Shown here one piece after another: positions 1 through 12,950 of a DNA stretch of 64,000 nucleotides. Position numbers and translations under genes: made by a program. The stretch covers positions 44,454,001 through 44,518,000 of the forward strand of contig OX597831.1 in assembly GCA_951406725.2 (NCBI GenBank). The letters run 5' to 3'. The notes under the pieces were generated by a model. It had not been told where the DNA came from and searched no databases. It was given only the letters and a program-made list of their open reading frames with translations. This DNA is from Octopus vulgaris (taxonomy: Eukaryota). Position 1 is the first letter of the stretch, and each line of letters begins with the position of its first letter.

Positions 1-1084
1 TTAGACGTTTAAAGTCTCTGATTTCACCAACACGACCATCCTCCCTGATATATTACAGGTACTTGGTTTATCATTGGCTAAAAAGGCAAAAATAAACTAC
101 AAAGTTAAGTCTAATGGGATTTGAACTGGAAACAAATGGCTAAAATCGAAAATTGTAATGCTTTTATTTCTCTTTTTGTCTTTTTTGCATACAGATCTAC
201 CTCCCCCACACGTCATAAATAGCAAAGACTTTATCTTTTTGAAGTTTTAAGTTATGAAATACACATCTCTATTAAGTATCTTAATTACTTCATGATGTAC
301 AGCCTTCCTCTAGGATTATCTTGGCAGGGAGAAGTGGGTGAACACTAATGAGTTGTTAAGTAGTGTAACTAAAACCAGTCATTTCAATCATCATCTCATG
401 TTACCCTAAAGGCCCTCACAGGGGCCTAATTTAACAATGAGACTATGGATATGACTATTTATTTATATTTTTGATGAGTTATTAATGATAATAATAGCTT
501 ATGAAATAACTTTCTACTGTCCACATGCACTTTTGATTTTTTTAAATCTTTTTCTTTTGTGTGTGTAAAACAATCTCAAACTGATTTGCTTTCTGTTCAT
601 TTGCACTATTCACTTGCATGTGCTCAGGCCGGGATGGAACCACCAACCTTCACTTCTTGATGTACGTATCAAAACGATCCTATCCATAAACTATACCACC
701 ACCATCAGTTTCGGTCTACTGTGGCTGGCATAATCAAAAATTAGTTAAAGTATTTAAAAACCTTACTTTAATTATTCTGTAATCAATGGCTCACTGAGAC
801 ATTGGCCCTGGTGGATACGAACATCGGTAAAACTAAATTAAATAAAGGTTAGCAAGTTCATTGCACCTAATAATGAACAAAGAAGCTATTTCAAACAAAT
901 GTTTTACAATACAAAAGAAAAAAAATATCAGAATTAATCATATGAAGTCATTCCATCCACATGAAAAGTACTGATCATAGTTAAGTTTGTTTGTTTTTTG
1001 GTTTTTTCACAATAGAACATCACTTTGGTTTTCAAAGTTGCAAGGAGGTGTTTGGGAGTTTATCCCCATTATGATTTTATATGC

Positions 1085-1137
<53 letters not shown>

Positions 1138-1410
1138 TATAATTAAACCGTATGTGATATATTTCTTTCTTACACTGGACATTTATATTATTTTTTTTTT
1201 AACTGTTGTATAGTACTTTTTTTAGTTTCAAATTCCTTTTTATTTTTTTTAAATGTCATAACTAATCAAGCTTATTGGCAAGGTAGACTTTGATATGAAA
1301 CAATGGAGATTCTTTTATTTAATTTCCTTGTCAAGAATTTATGTGGTGTAATTTTAGTAGAATAAATTTACAGTAAAACTCAACTGGATTTGATTTTATT
1401 TTTAATGTTA

Positions 1411-1639
1411 TGAACCTTTTCGCATTTAAACTGGCCATATCCAGCCCAAATGTTCTACTTGTTTTATGTTTAAAGTGGTCAGATCCAGCTTCTTAAACCT
1501 ACCCTACAATGTCATTCCAAAAATGAACAATCACACTCTCAAAATCTTAAAGGCATGAGATAATGCATGATTAATTCAAAGCAGTGTGAATAAATAAGCA
1601 TTACATTTTGACAGATTAAACCAAATGCTAAAGGATTAA
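1411..1639 (+). mobile_element. piggyBac-like MITE, degenerate
   Basis: Termini tgaaccttttcgcattt...aaatgctaaaggattaa; related copies at 14935-15162 and, reversed and interrupted, at about 30083-30577. Confidence 0.55.
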
Positions 1640-1667
1640 AGTCTGGAACTTTGGTATATAAAGCTGA

Positions 1668-2657
1668 TTAGGTTGGGTCGAAAGCTGTTTTGACCTCATG
1701 GGCCCAATCAGCCAAGAATCTGGTTTTTCCAGATTTTTTGAAAATGGCCTGTTGCCCCCACCCAAGTGTCACCTGTGCCTGGAACCAGGCCACATTAAAA
1801 AGAACTGTCCGCAGGACCAGAGTAGGGTCCTGGAACAGTTGGTTGTAGAAGAGACCTCCTCGGAAAAAAAGGAAAAAGGGGAGCAATAATGGTTGCTCAC
1901 CAAAGGCCCCTAAAGCTGTGGGAGGGAGGGATGATCCCCTGGTTAAAGTAGAGGAACCAGCCCCTCCCGTATCAAAGACAAGAAAAAGAATGGGACAGTG
2001 CCAGCAGTTAGCAGTGCGCTGCTGTCATGTCCCAAAACCTCGTCGGTGGGAATTGTGCTACCGACGGAGGAAACTGGCCCCTCCCAGTATAATAAATGAA
2101 GAATTTGTGATCTTTCTTAAGGGAGGGGCCGTAGAGAACTTTGTGAGGAATCTGGAAGGTCAGGAACAGGCGGTCCTGACCTGCATTGAAAGCCAGGATT
2201 GGCCTCCACAGGTGGCTGCTTAGGTCATGGAGGAAACTTATTTCTACAGGGTGATGGATTCCTTTACCAAGGATGAATACAATTATCTCTTATGGGGCCC
2301 CGGCTTGAAAGTGCAGGCAGCAAGAGACTTAATCGGGGAGGTAGAGTAAGAGGTCTTAGTGCCTCAATTCAAACTTTGTGATTTTGGTAAGAGGCTTAGC
2401 GCCTCAAGTTGAATATATTTGCTGAACTTTTTTTTGATTGGTAAGACGATCAGCGCCTCACTTTGTAACTGTTGTAAGAGCATGAACACCTCATTTGTGT
2501 TTTAAAAAAGAACAATGTTAGGAAGTAACAATCGGCAGATGTTGGCTGCTTCCACCACCAACCATCTCTTTTTTTCATTTCATCATTGTGTCTGTGTCCA
2601 GCCCACAAGCTTCCATCTGTATTATGCCTTTATGGCAAATGTAATGAAATAAAGAAG
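1668..2657 (+). mobile_element. Decayed retroelement with a gag/ORF1-like CCHC zinc knuckle
   Basis: CHLCLEPGHIKKNC (CX2CX4HX4C) in ORF 1698-1889; stop-interrupted continuation to about 2350; ends in aataaagaa at about 2656. Confidence 0.6.
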
Positions 2658-3035
2658 CTTGCTTCCCAACCACATGGTTCTGGGTTCAGTCTCACTGCGT
2701 AGCACTTTGGGCAAATGTCTTCTACTTTGGCCTCAGGCTGACCAAAGCCATGTGAGTGGATTTGGTTGATGGAAACTGAAAGAAGCCTCTCATACATTTT
2801 ATATGTATGTGTATATATATATCTATGTGCCCCCCCACTCCACCATTTGGCAACTGGTGTTGGTGTATTAACATTCCCATAACTTAGTGGTTCGGTAAAA
2901 AAGACTGATAGAATAAGTACTAAGCTTTAAAAAATAAGTCCTGGTGATGATTCATTCAACTAAAATCCTTCAGGTGGTGCTACAGCATGGCCACAGTCAA
3001 TGACTGAAACAAATAAGATATATATATATATGTTA

Positions 3036-3403
3036 TATAAAATCTGTTCTGTCTGTGTGTGTGTCTTCTAGGATCTCGGACATCCGATTGTGCTCAAATT
3101 TGATATGTAGATACTAACAGTATCAGGGCATGTATAAGTCTTGAAAAAATTACAAAAATCGATTCCAGGTGAGAATGCGATCGATAAAGCCGTGGGAACG
3201 AGCATTTGTACACACAAGTACATCAGCTGTTGCAATCAATAGTACGCATGCGCGAGAAAAATGCACATGCAGTTTGTGCAAAAAAAGCCGGCTGGCTTGA
3301 AATAATGCTACAAAATGGGACGGTCAGACAAGTTGTTTAGAGAAAATTTGATTTAAATGTTTGACAACTCAGCACCCTCCATTGGACAGGGGGCGTTTTG
3401 CTC

Positions 3404-3406
<3 letters not shown>
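3036..3406 (+). mobile_element. Non-autonomous Helitron-like element in (TA)n
   Basis: 5' tatataaaatctgttctgtctgtgtg and 3' ...gcgttttgctcgt(ata)n, a CTAG-like end; architecture resembles 56320-56690. Confidence 0.4.
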
Positions 3407-3442
<36 letters not shown>

Positions 3443-4417
3443 CCCAGGCATGGCTGTGTGGTCAAGAAGTTTACTTCTCAACTACATGGTTTCAGGTTCA
3501 GTCCCATTGTGGTGCCCTGGACAAGTGTCTTCTACTGTTGCTCCAGGCCAACCAAAGCCTTGTGAGTGCATTTGGTAGACAGAAACTGAAAGAAGTATGT
3601 TGTGTATGTGTGTGTCACCTTGTTTTGATATCACGTAATAATTGTAAATGGCTATAAACCAAACTGAAATTCGTTTCCAATATTCTGCAAAATCATGCCT
3701 AGCTATAAGGAAATATTACCTTGCTTAGTAGCAGTTGAAGGTTGACAACAGGAAGAGCATCCAGCCATCAAAAATCTGCCTCAATAAATTCTGTCCAACC
3801 CATGCAAGCATGGAAAAGTGGTCATATAAAAAGAAACAAAAGTCGATGGATATAATATGCTACTCGAAAGTTTCACCAGATGAATTGCATAACTTTTATA
3901 GCCTGTGTGAACATACAGGATCTTCAGGCACATCACATCATTTCTGATCCGAATCATGTGCCTGGGTATCCTATGAATTCATAGAATGCTCTAGAAATTA
4001 TTATGAAATTCTTCTAGAGAAACTTCAGAGTAGCACTCATATTCACCTTGCACTGCATTTTCATATCTATGATCAGCCAGCACCTTGAGCAAGTAACAAA
4101 CACACAAACTTGCCATTAATTCACGCCTAATTCCTACTTTACCTAGTACTTTCTTTATATTAACTATGTCTTTTTAGTATCTCTGAAAAAGGCTTATAAT
4201 TTTATATTTTTAATAGTGTAGAACTGAATTGTCTCCCTTTATGGCAATGGGCATTTTATCTTACAAGAACGAAAGGAGTCACAAGTACCAAGGTGGATAT
4301 AATCAACTAAACACCCTTGAAGATGGTACTCCAGCATGGCTGATTTCCAATAACAGAAAGCTGGCAAATAATAAAGGAGGACATGTAAAAGTTTTCTTGT
4401 TGACTTATTTGATTATA

Positions 4418-4628
4418 CAGGGTGGCCCAAAAGTAGATTAGTTATCACGTAGGCACTTTAAATTTCTTTTAAAACGTTTTATTGCATTTAAATTTCTATC
4501 TTACAATTAACTAAATTAGCATAGAATAATGGTTTCATATTTTTTTCTATAATTAAGATCTAAACTGTTAATATATGAATGCGAAAGAGATAGTTGAATA
4601 ACTGTAAACCTACATTTGGGACACTCTG
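4418..4628. mobile_element. Tc1/mariner-type MITE
   Basis: TA-flanked imperfect TIRs cagggtggcccaaaagtag / ctacatttgggacactctg. Confidence 0.7.
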
Positions 4629-5016
4629 TATGTTCTCGCTTCTACGCTAATCTGATGGTAGGAATTTCTCTCTACTTGCAACCGTAACCAAAGTAATGTT
4701 CTATTGCAAAAGAGGTTGGCATTAGAAAGGGCACCCAATCATAAACACCATGCCAAAACAGCAGAACCTGATGTAGTCCCCAAGCTTGCTTGCCAGCTCC
4801 CGTCAAACTGTCCAACCCATGTCAGCATGGAAGCTGGATGTTAAATGAGGATGATGATGATTATATATCATCATCATCGTCCGTTTTCCATGCTAGCATG
4901 CGTTGGACAGTTTGACTGGGGTCTGGGAAGCCAGGAGGCTACACCAGCCTCCAGTCTGATCTGGCAGTGTTTCTACAGCTGGATATATATATACACACAC
5001 ACACATATATATATAT

Positions 5017-5346
5017 AGGATAGGAGCACTCCGTCGGTTACGACGACAAGGGTCCCAGCTGATACGATCAGCGGAACAGCCTGCTCGTGAAATTAAAGTG
5101 CAAGTGGCTGAGCACTCCACAGACACGTGTACCCTTAACGTAGTTCTCAGGGAGATTCAGCGTGACACACAGTGTGACAAGGCCGGCCCTTTGAAATACA
5201 GGTGCAATTCATTTTTGCCAGCTGAGTGGACTGGAGCAACATGAAATAAAGTGTCTTGCTCAAGGACACAACGCGTCGCCTGGAATCGAACTCACGACCT
5301 TACAATCGTGAGCCGAGTGCCCTAACCACTAAGCCACGTGCCTTCA
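5017..5346 (-). mobile_element. tRNA-derived SINE, near full length
   Basis: Minus strand shows A box tggcttagtgg, B box gagttcgattcc, then tgtgtccttgagcaagacac; partial copies near 18135-18245, 20703-20900, 50660-50780 and 58300-58435. Confidence 0.75.
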
Positions 5347-5348
5347 CT

Positions 5349-5384
<36 letters not shown>

Positions 5385-5983
5385 TATATAATAGGCTTCT
5401 TTTAGTTTCCATCAAGAAAATCTACATACAAGGCTTTGGTTGGCCCCAGAGCTATAATAGAAAACAGTTGCCCAAGGCACCACACAATATAACTGAATCT
5501 GAAACCATGTAGTTGGGAAGTAAATTTCTTAACAGAGCCATGTCTGTACCTGTGTGTGTGTGTGCTTCAAATTGTCTTCACATTGTCACTATGTGACATG
5601 CCATTTATATCTCTCATATACATTATGTTCCTTAGCACACCAGTTTCATTATATGGGAAGAATGAAATAGAAATACCTTGAGAAACAAAAACAAACATAG
5701 GTTAATGACAGAAAGGGCATCAATATCTCTCATCTATCCAAAGGTAACATCATCATCATCATTTAGCGTCCGCTTTCCATGCTGGCATGGGTTGGACGGT
5801 TCAACTGGGATCTGGTAAGCCATGGAGGCTGCACCAAGCCCAGTCTGATCTGGCAAATGTTTCTGTGGCTGGATGCCCTTCCTAAATGCGACAATGATGA
5901 TGATGATAATGATGATAAAGACGTGGAGGTAAAAAAATAAAAGAACATTCTTATTTAGTAAAAAATTGATTTATGTACAAAAT

Positions 5984-6239
5984 TTATAAAATCGAGTCCT
6001 CTTTTTCTGGTTCTGAGTTTTCTTTGGAATGAGTCTCAAGAGCTTGAGAAAGTCGCTGACACATTACTTTAATCTGGTTGTTGGTCATATGTTCAGCAGA
6101 AGCTATGGCATTAGCTACAGCTATCGTATTTACTGCTGATGCTGCTTTGATCCACACGCGTCCATTCATGCCAATTGCAACTTCAAATTGGATGTTTTTT
6201 CCCAATGACTTCAACAAAACACACTGAGGATTTAAAAGT
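5984..6239 (-). CDS. EXOSC3: RRP40 coding exon 4 (KH domain to stop)
   Basis: tttccAG acceptor; LLNPQCVLLKSLGKNIQFEVAIGMNGRVWIKA...EKEDSIL*; GMNGRVW motif; exons sum to 765 nt = 254 aa + stop. Confidence 0.95.
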
Positions 6240-6319
6240 CTGGAAACAAAAATAAACAGAAGAAATGAAAATAATTACAATTTAAAGTGAGTGTGGTTTT
6301 GTTTTCTTTTTTAATTAAT

Positions 6320-6790
6320 CAGAAATGAAGCTAGCGTGCTCCAGTGGATCGGTAAAGTCAGTGTGCATACATGGCAGTGTAAATGATTTAAGAGGAAAAC
6401 TGGGTATAAGAGGCAAGAGAGAAGACTGCACTGGTTTGGTCATGTGATGAGGTCAGCTGCCATAAAGAAGTGCCAAGCTCTAATTGTGGAGGGAACCTGT
6501 AGAAGGCGTAGACCCAGGAAAACATGGGTTGAAGTGGTGAGAAAGGATCTTCAGATGCTGGGAATCACCGATAAAATGACAAGGGAGGCGATTTGCTGTT
6601 CTTGAGACGTCATCCATACAAACAGGCGTGTCCTTTATAGGTACTGGTGCCATATAAAATGCACTTGTGCCACTGCCACATACATGCACTTGTGTCAGTG
6701 GCACATAAAAAGTACCCAGTACACTCGGTAAAGTGGTTGGCATTAGAAAGGGCATCCAGCTGTAAAAACCATGCCACAACAGACAACTAG
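6320..6790 (+). mobile_element. RTE-clade LINE 3' fragment in EXOSC3 intron 3
   Basis: Degenerate RRLHWFGHVMR and GTCRRRRPRKTW ORF2 C-terminal motifs, followed by the family 3' UTR motif gttggcattagaaagggcatccagctg. Confidence 0.7.
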
Positions 6791-7001
6791 AGTCTGGGAA
6801 AGGAAGGCCTTTCCCCAGAGAAACATGATATGGTACAGCAAAATCTGAAAAGAAGTTACAAAGAAAAGCAGGGATCTGACAGGAGAAAAGCAGAAAAGAC
6901 ATCCCAGAATCAAGAACAGTGGAGAACAGTCATTGATGGCCTATGCTCTTCAGGGAGTAAAGGGCTTAAAGAAAGAAAAGAAAGATTCTAAGCAAACTTA
7001 C

Positions 7002-7153
7002 TTGCGTACAAGATGTAGAGGACAAGTGAAGAGGAATCCACCATCTCTGATGACACCCATTCCAGCTGATTTGCCTTGACTGTTGATACAAACTATTTCT
7101 GATTCCATGTCCTTATTAGCAACCAATATTTTGCCATACAATAAATCTCCAAC
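7002..7153 (-). CDS. EXOSC3: RRP40 coding exon 3 (152 nt)
   Basis: tttttAG acceptor; [51 protein letters not shown]; GTAAGT donor, phase 2; not in the ORF track, translated by hand. Confidence 0.95.
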
Positions 7154-7944
7154 CTAAAAAGAAAGAAACAAACTATTTTTTACAGATCTCAGACACAGGA
7201 CTGCAAGGAGCACACAAAAGGGAAAATTAAGGAATTCATGTCTAACCAATATCTGTTATTTTTCCCTTGTTTTAGTCACTGGACTGTGACCATGCTGGGG
7301 CACTGCCTTAATGGGTTAAGTCTAATAAATCAACCCCATACGTATTTATCAGTCTATTTTGCTAAACACTAAGTTATGGGGATGTAAATAAACCAACACT
7401 GGTTTTCAAGTTGTGTTGGGGGACAAACACATATACAAAGATACATAAATACAGAGAGAGAGAGAGCTTCTTTCAGTTTCCATCTATTAAATCCACTCCC
7501 AAGGCCATAGTAGAAGACACTTGCCCAACATTCTACACAGTGAGATTGAACCCGGAACCATATATTTCTTACCGCAGAGCTACATCCACACCTGTAGCAC
7601 ACAAAAAATTATTTCATCTTCATGTTTCTGGAATGAGTTATTAGTAGAGAAACTAACCAGTCTATCAATTCTTTATTTTTCATTTGTCAACAGAATTTTT
7701 TTTTTTTTTTTTATTATGTTAACGCTTTGAATACCAAGTCATCAGAGACCACCTCTGATCTACAATACAAATTTCTCGATTTAAAGCAATCTGCCTTGAA
7801 ATCATCCATTGAAATTTCATTTTAACTTATGATCTAAACACCATCTTGATATTGATGGAGTAATTTTACTAAATTCTTCATCATTTCCCAAATTAATTGA
7901 AACAAAATCAGTGTATTTCAACAGAAATTTAGAAACAAAAGAGA

Positions 7945-8027
7945 TGTGACTGTGAGGTAAGAAGTTTGCTCCTCAACTGTAAGGTTCCGGGATCAGTCTC
8001 ACAACATGGCACCTTGGACAAGTGTCT

Positions 8028-8071
<44 letters not shown>

Positions 8072-8890
8072 AATTATTGTATACAGTGCTCAGGTGCACC
8101 ACAACTTGTCAGAAAGTGCATATAAAGTACATGCAATAATGTAAAAATGTCTGGAAAGCGAACAATGTATGAGACAGATACATGCCCGTGTGTGTATGGA
8201 GGGGAGAAAATCAGGTGTAGTGTTGGCGAATCTCAGAAAGCATGGAAGTTTTGAAGGATTCAGTGCTCCGACAACTAACAACTGATGCCGGCAGTTTGTT
8301 CCATGCTTCAGCAATTCTCAGCGTGAAAAAATGTTTCCTGAAGTCATGGGAGCTGTGCTGTTTTCTGACTTTGTGTCTTCCACTTAAGTCTCAGGCCAGC
8401 CAAAGCCATGTAAGTGGATTTGGAAGACAGAAACTGAAAGAAGGCAGCGAGCTGGCAGAATCGTTAGCACGACGGGCAAAATGCTGAACAGTATTTCGTC
8501 TGCCGTTACATTCTGAGTTCAAATTCTGCCAAGGAAGACTTTGTCTTTCATCCTTCTGGGGTCAATAAATTAAGTACCAGTTACGCACCGGGGTCGATGT
8601 AATCGACTTAATCTCTTTGTCTGTCCTTGTTTGTCCCCTCTATGTTTAGCCACTTGTGGGTAATAAAGAAATAAGAAACTGAAAGAAGTCTGTCGAATAT
8701 ATATGTGTGCGTGTGTGTGTGTCTGTATTTGTCCCCTCAGCACCGCTTGACAACCAGTGGTGATGTGTTTATGTCCCCGTAACTTAGTGGTTCAACAAAA
8801 CAAATCAACAGAATAAATATCAGACTTAATAAGAATAAGTATCGAGGTTGATTCATTCAACTAACTAAAATTCTGAAACAAGTAAAAGAT
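7945..8890 (+). mobile_element. Nested cluster: tRNA-SINE interrupted by a CR1-like LINE tail (about 8030-8372, minus) and a second SINE (8444-8673)
   Basis: 15-bp TSD agaaactgaaagaag at 8429-8443 and 8674-8688; gtgtctt duplicated around the LINE fragment; the LINE piece matches 32645-32880 in reverse. Confidence 0.8.
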
Positions 8891-9012
8891 AAAACAATAA
8901 ACTGGGATCAATTTAATTCGCTTACCCCTCCCCTAAAATTGGTTGCCTCCGGCCAAATTTTGAAGCCAATATCATAAAGATCACAAAAAAAAAAACAACT
9001 AGTTATACATAC

Positions 9013-9162
9013 TTTCACATCTGGTCTGTTACGTTTGTTGGAGCCTTCAAAAGAGAGAAATGATAATCCTGCAGGTTCATTACTTCCAATGTCCACTCGA
9101 AATACATCTCCAGCTTTCATTGTGCAGATTCCAAGTACGTGGTCTCCTCGCACAGGAACATA
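9013..9162 (-). CDS. EXOSC3: RRP40 coding exon 2 (150 nt, S1 domain)
   Basis: ttttaaAG acceptor; [50 protein letters not shown]; GTATGT donor; hallmark RRP40 FEGxxKRNRP motif. Confidence 0.96.
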
Positions 9163-9597
9163 CTTTAAAATAATCAATATATATATATATGTATTAAAGT
9201 ACTTTTTTAGTCTTCTAAGAAAGATTTCCGGACAATGGACATGAGTTAAAATAATAAAATAAGAACAGTAATAAACGAGTGAAGAAAATATATACAGTGC
9301 ATGTGTTTATTTGGCAACAAGAAAAAAAAATGACCATCCCAAAATACTGTATTATTAAAGCTGCAAAAACTGCTACTCCGAATTTCACATTCCTGCTTGT
9401 CAGACAACGGTGATCAAGAATGGAATAAATTTGTGATGGCACATGGAATGTACCATCGCATGTAATTCTTCCTTGTTTTGCATTTATGTGCTTACTCGTG
9501 TATATATTGAAGTAGTTTGATTAATAAATATTCTTTTTCTACATAGCATTTTGTCAAAATGACACATTAAGACGCTAAATGGTGATGATGATGATGA

Positions 9598-9970
9598 TCA
9601 TCATCATCATCGTTTAACGTCCGCTTTCCATGCTAGCATGGGTTGGACGGTTCAACTGGGGTCTGGGGAGCCCGAAGGCTGCACGAGGCCAGTCAGATCT
9701 GGCAGTGTTTCTACAGCTGGATGCCCTTCCTAACGCCAACCACTCCGAGAGTGTAGTGGGTGATTTTATGTGCCACCGACACAGGTGCCAGACGAGGCTG
9801 GCGAACGGCCACGATCGGATGGTGTTTGTTACGTGCCCACAGCACGGAGGCCAGTCGATGCGGTACTGGCTACGGCCACGTTCGGATGGTTTTCTTATGT
9901 GCCACCGGCACTGGTACCACAAAGACACAAATTCCATTGATGTTCATCGATTTTGATTTGGTTTGATTTT
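9598..9970 (-). mobile_element. 5'-truncated RTE-LINE 3' UTR copy with a (GAT)n tail
   Basis: Same sequence family as 23976-24710, 30753-31250, 36480-36890, 42371-43102 and 54891-55570. Confidence 0.75.
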
Positions 9971-11562
9971 CAATTGCTTTCGCCATCATCACTGCTCACA
10001 TATTGCTTTTCTATAATGAAGTGAAAATTGCCAAGTTACAAAGTAACAGCTCTCTGTGTTTCTTAATTTTATAGGATCTTATATGTGAAGCCTTTCGTAT
10101 ACACATTAGTTGGTTACACAATAGTCTTAACATATTTAATACAAGGAAATAAAAAAGAAAAGAACAACAATAAATGTTTAAGGGCCATTTCTCTTGCTAA
10201 AGCAGAGGTTAGCCCTGTGATTCCCTTGCCAGTCATGTAGTCATTGTGATTTGCTGCCACTAACACTTTTTGTAACTTTGTATGATGAAAAGCTAACTAG
10301 AAACAACTATGTGGCGAAGAAAAAATATTAGTCAATGACTTTGCTTCTTTTGATAAGCAGAGAAAACAACGCCAGACATGTTTCAGTCTTATTAGATCTC
10401 CTCAGTGAAACACTGACCATACCATATTTATGAGAGAATCACTAAATGTACAAGAATGTACAAAGTTCCATATAACAAGCTAATGTTCAGTAACTAATGT
10501 TCACAGTAGTTTGTTCTTTGGATATTACTTTTTATTTACAGATTTGGTTTTAATTTCTTGTATCCAAAAATGTATGTTCAACTAACATCCATTCAAATTA
10601 CATCACCATCACTTGCGTTCGTTGACCAATGCTTATAATACACATTCATCTTTTCAACTTGAGCTCAGTTAAATGTTTTGAGTAGACCCCTTCATGAGAG
10701 AATTAGAAAGGCAATGCAGATTTTTAGTACTCTCCTCAAATTCTAACGACACAATGAGGAAAACTGAGCGATTACACGTGCCGCTAGAAATAGAAATTAT
10801 CTATTAGGTGAAAATTAAACTTTAGCAGATTAAATGACTACTTTGATGCAGACTCTCCTTCTTCAATTCTGTATATTTAACCTTACACAGTAAACCCTCT
10901 GATGCCGTTGACCCCACTACCAATGTATATGTTTGTAGAACAAACAGCTGACATAGCAACTCACACATTCACCAATTCGTTGTGTCCAGTTCAAATTATC
11001 GAGTAGATAAAACTTAAAGATTAACGATTTATTTGATTTATTGTACATGGTAATTGGTGAACAATAGCATCGTTAGCTTCAGGTTCTCGATGGACAATCA
11101 TTAGATTAACTGCACTTCTGAAGGTTATTGTAAAACAAATATTGAAAATGTACCGGCTTCACGTATTTTTCCCCCCGTTCACGTTACATCTGGATCTTTT
11201 TAGTCAAGATTGCTTTTGTTGGCGTAGGCATGTCGCTCTTGTTAAAAGGTAAACAATCGAGATATTACAGTATTTAAACAATGAAAATATTCGATAATGA
11301 AAGTAAGTCGTGTGTGTGTGTGTCTGTGTGCATTCATACACCATAAGCTTCCGTCGATCAATTCCCCATACAAAGTAATGGTCAACCCAGCCGTGGTAGA
11401 AGTCACTTGCTGAAGATTCTGCGCAGTAGAATCGAATCCAAGACTATGTGGTTGCACAGGAACTTCCAAATCCCACAGCCATGCTTGCACCCATTTGTAA
11501 TTAATTTTTTTTATTTTGCATATATCAAGAAATACGTGCAGTCTATGAAAGCGACTACATAC

Positions 11563-11769
11563 CCTACGTTGGTGACAGTCAATCCAGTAGGTGTTATTTT
11601 CTTTAAAACGAAGAATTCCAGGCTTTGTCACTAATACTTGTTTTTCCTGAACCCGTAATCCTGGCCCTAACACTATTTTATTCTCTTGTTCATCAATATC
11701 TTTCAAATCCTGAATAATTTCACCGGGAAGGAATAATTGATCAACACAAGTTAGCACGTCGTTCGCCAT
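11563..11769 (-). CDS. EXOSC3: Exosome complex component RRP40, coding exon 1 (69 codons)
   Basis: ATG at 11769 gives MANDVLTCVDQLFLPGE...VLGPGLR...VTKPGILRFKENNTYWIDCHQRR, then a GTATGT donor; matches the RRP40 N-terminal domain; phase 0. Confidence 0.93.
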
Positions 11770-12950
11770 CTTGTTGCTAAGTAAAGCTAACTTCTTCACT
11801 TTTTCATCCTTCCCAACCGTATTACATCATATTCTTTTAATTTCTTTTTAGATAACCATTTAATAGAATCTAAAATAATAATTATTTTGTTTTTCGCTGT
11901 TTCATGTTTTACTGCAATGCTTTTATTCTTCGAAATCTACTTTCATTAAAACCAATCAGACTTACTTTGTTCGAAACTACATGTTCACACTTATTTATAT
12001 TATCAGCTCCACCAATTCCTTAATGCTAACTTAACGGGTTCGTCCTCTACATTTCTTTGAATGAACCTCTTTTTTTTTTAATTATTTTAATTATCATTAT
12101 TTCTTTTACTATTTAAATCTGTCTGAAGGGGAAATATATTCATTTAATGAATTAATCGCTAAACATGTCACATTTTAGTGAAAAATGTACACGTGCGTCT
12201 TTCAAAACAAAAAGCAATATTCGTGCACACCCTGTCCTTCTGTCCCTCTGCACATTGAGACAAGAAGACAAGATATTTTGGAAGAATTATTGTCTCCAGA
12301 TATGTGATATAATCCCCTTCCGGCATTGGATCATTATTAAATATGACTTCTTTCCAGATTACGTGATATTTTCCTTTTAATATAGATCGGTACTACAGCA
12401 CGAGGAAGCCTTTACTGGTTACTCGGCACTCTAGAAACAACAGCCAAACCTGCCTCAAATCATATTCCACCGGTTTAAATATGGAAGCTACTTATTGGAT
12501 GTAGTCCTTGACAATATTCTCGCCCATCCCCAAAAAAAAGATGGGATGATGACGGTCAGAATTCCTTAAACCCGTGATTCTCAACAAGGTCCTTACGACC
12601 CTTGGGGGTCCACACGAGCAAAATAGTAAATTGGGTACAAAACTGGGCGATTGCGAGGCTAAGGAGTTGGGAAAGCCAAACACCCTCACGAGCATCACCT
12701 GACACATCAGTGAGGTGAGCTGCCAACGTTGACGAGAACTTCGCGGTTAGTGGCCCAGTCCCTACGAACGTCTCAAACGCCACAGGTTGGAAGAGATAGT
12801 TCACTGTCAGGTCCCGATGCTTCAGGTTTTTCTTCCGTTCGGCTACGGAAGCAGTGACCCTCTCATTAACTGCGGCATCCAGAAATATTTTATGGTAGTT
12901 ACATATATAGGTAGCTTGGTAGATTGCGACAGTTTCTCATATTTTCATAT
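11770..12950. promoter_or_regulatory. Putative promoter region of EXOSC3, possibly shared with the divergent methyltransferase gene
   Basis: Immediately upstream of the EXOSC3 ATG; locally more CpG by eye; CCAAT-box-like AACCAATCA near 11950; TSS cannot be fixed from sequence. Confidence 0.35.

Noticed and set aside
5270-5346. tRNA gene-like sequence (also the heads of other SINEs)
   Set aside because: A and B boxes run straight into SINE bodies; no acceptor stem or terminator consistent with a real tRNA
11242-11799. 185-aa ORF as a single-exon gene
   Set aside because: RRP40 similarity stops at the GT donor at 11562; the rest is intron read-through, and the listed start is not the ATG at 11769
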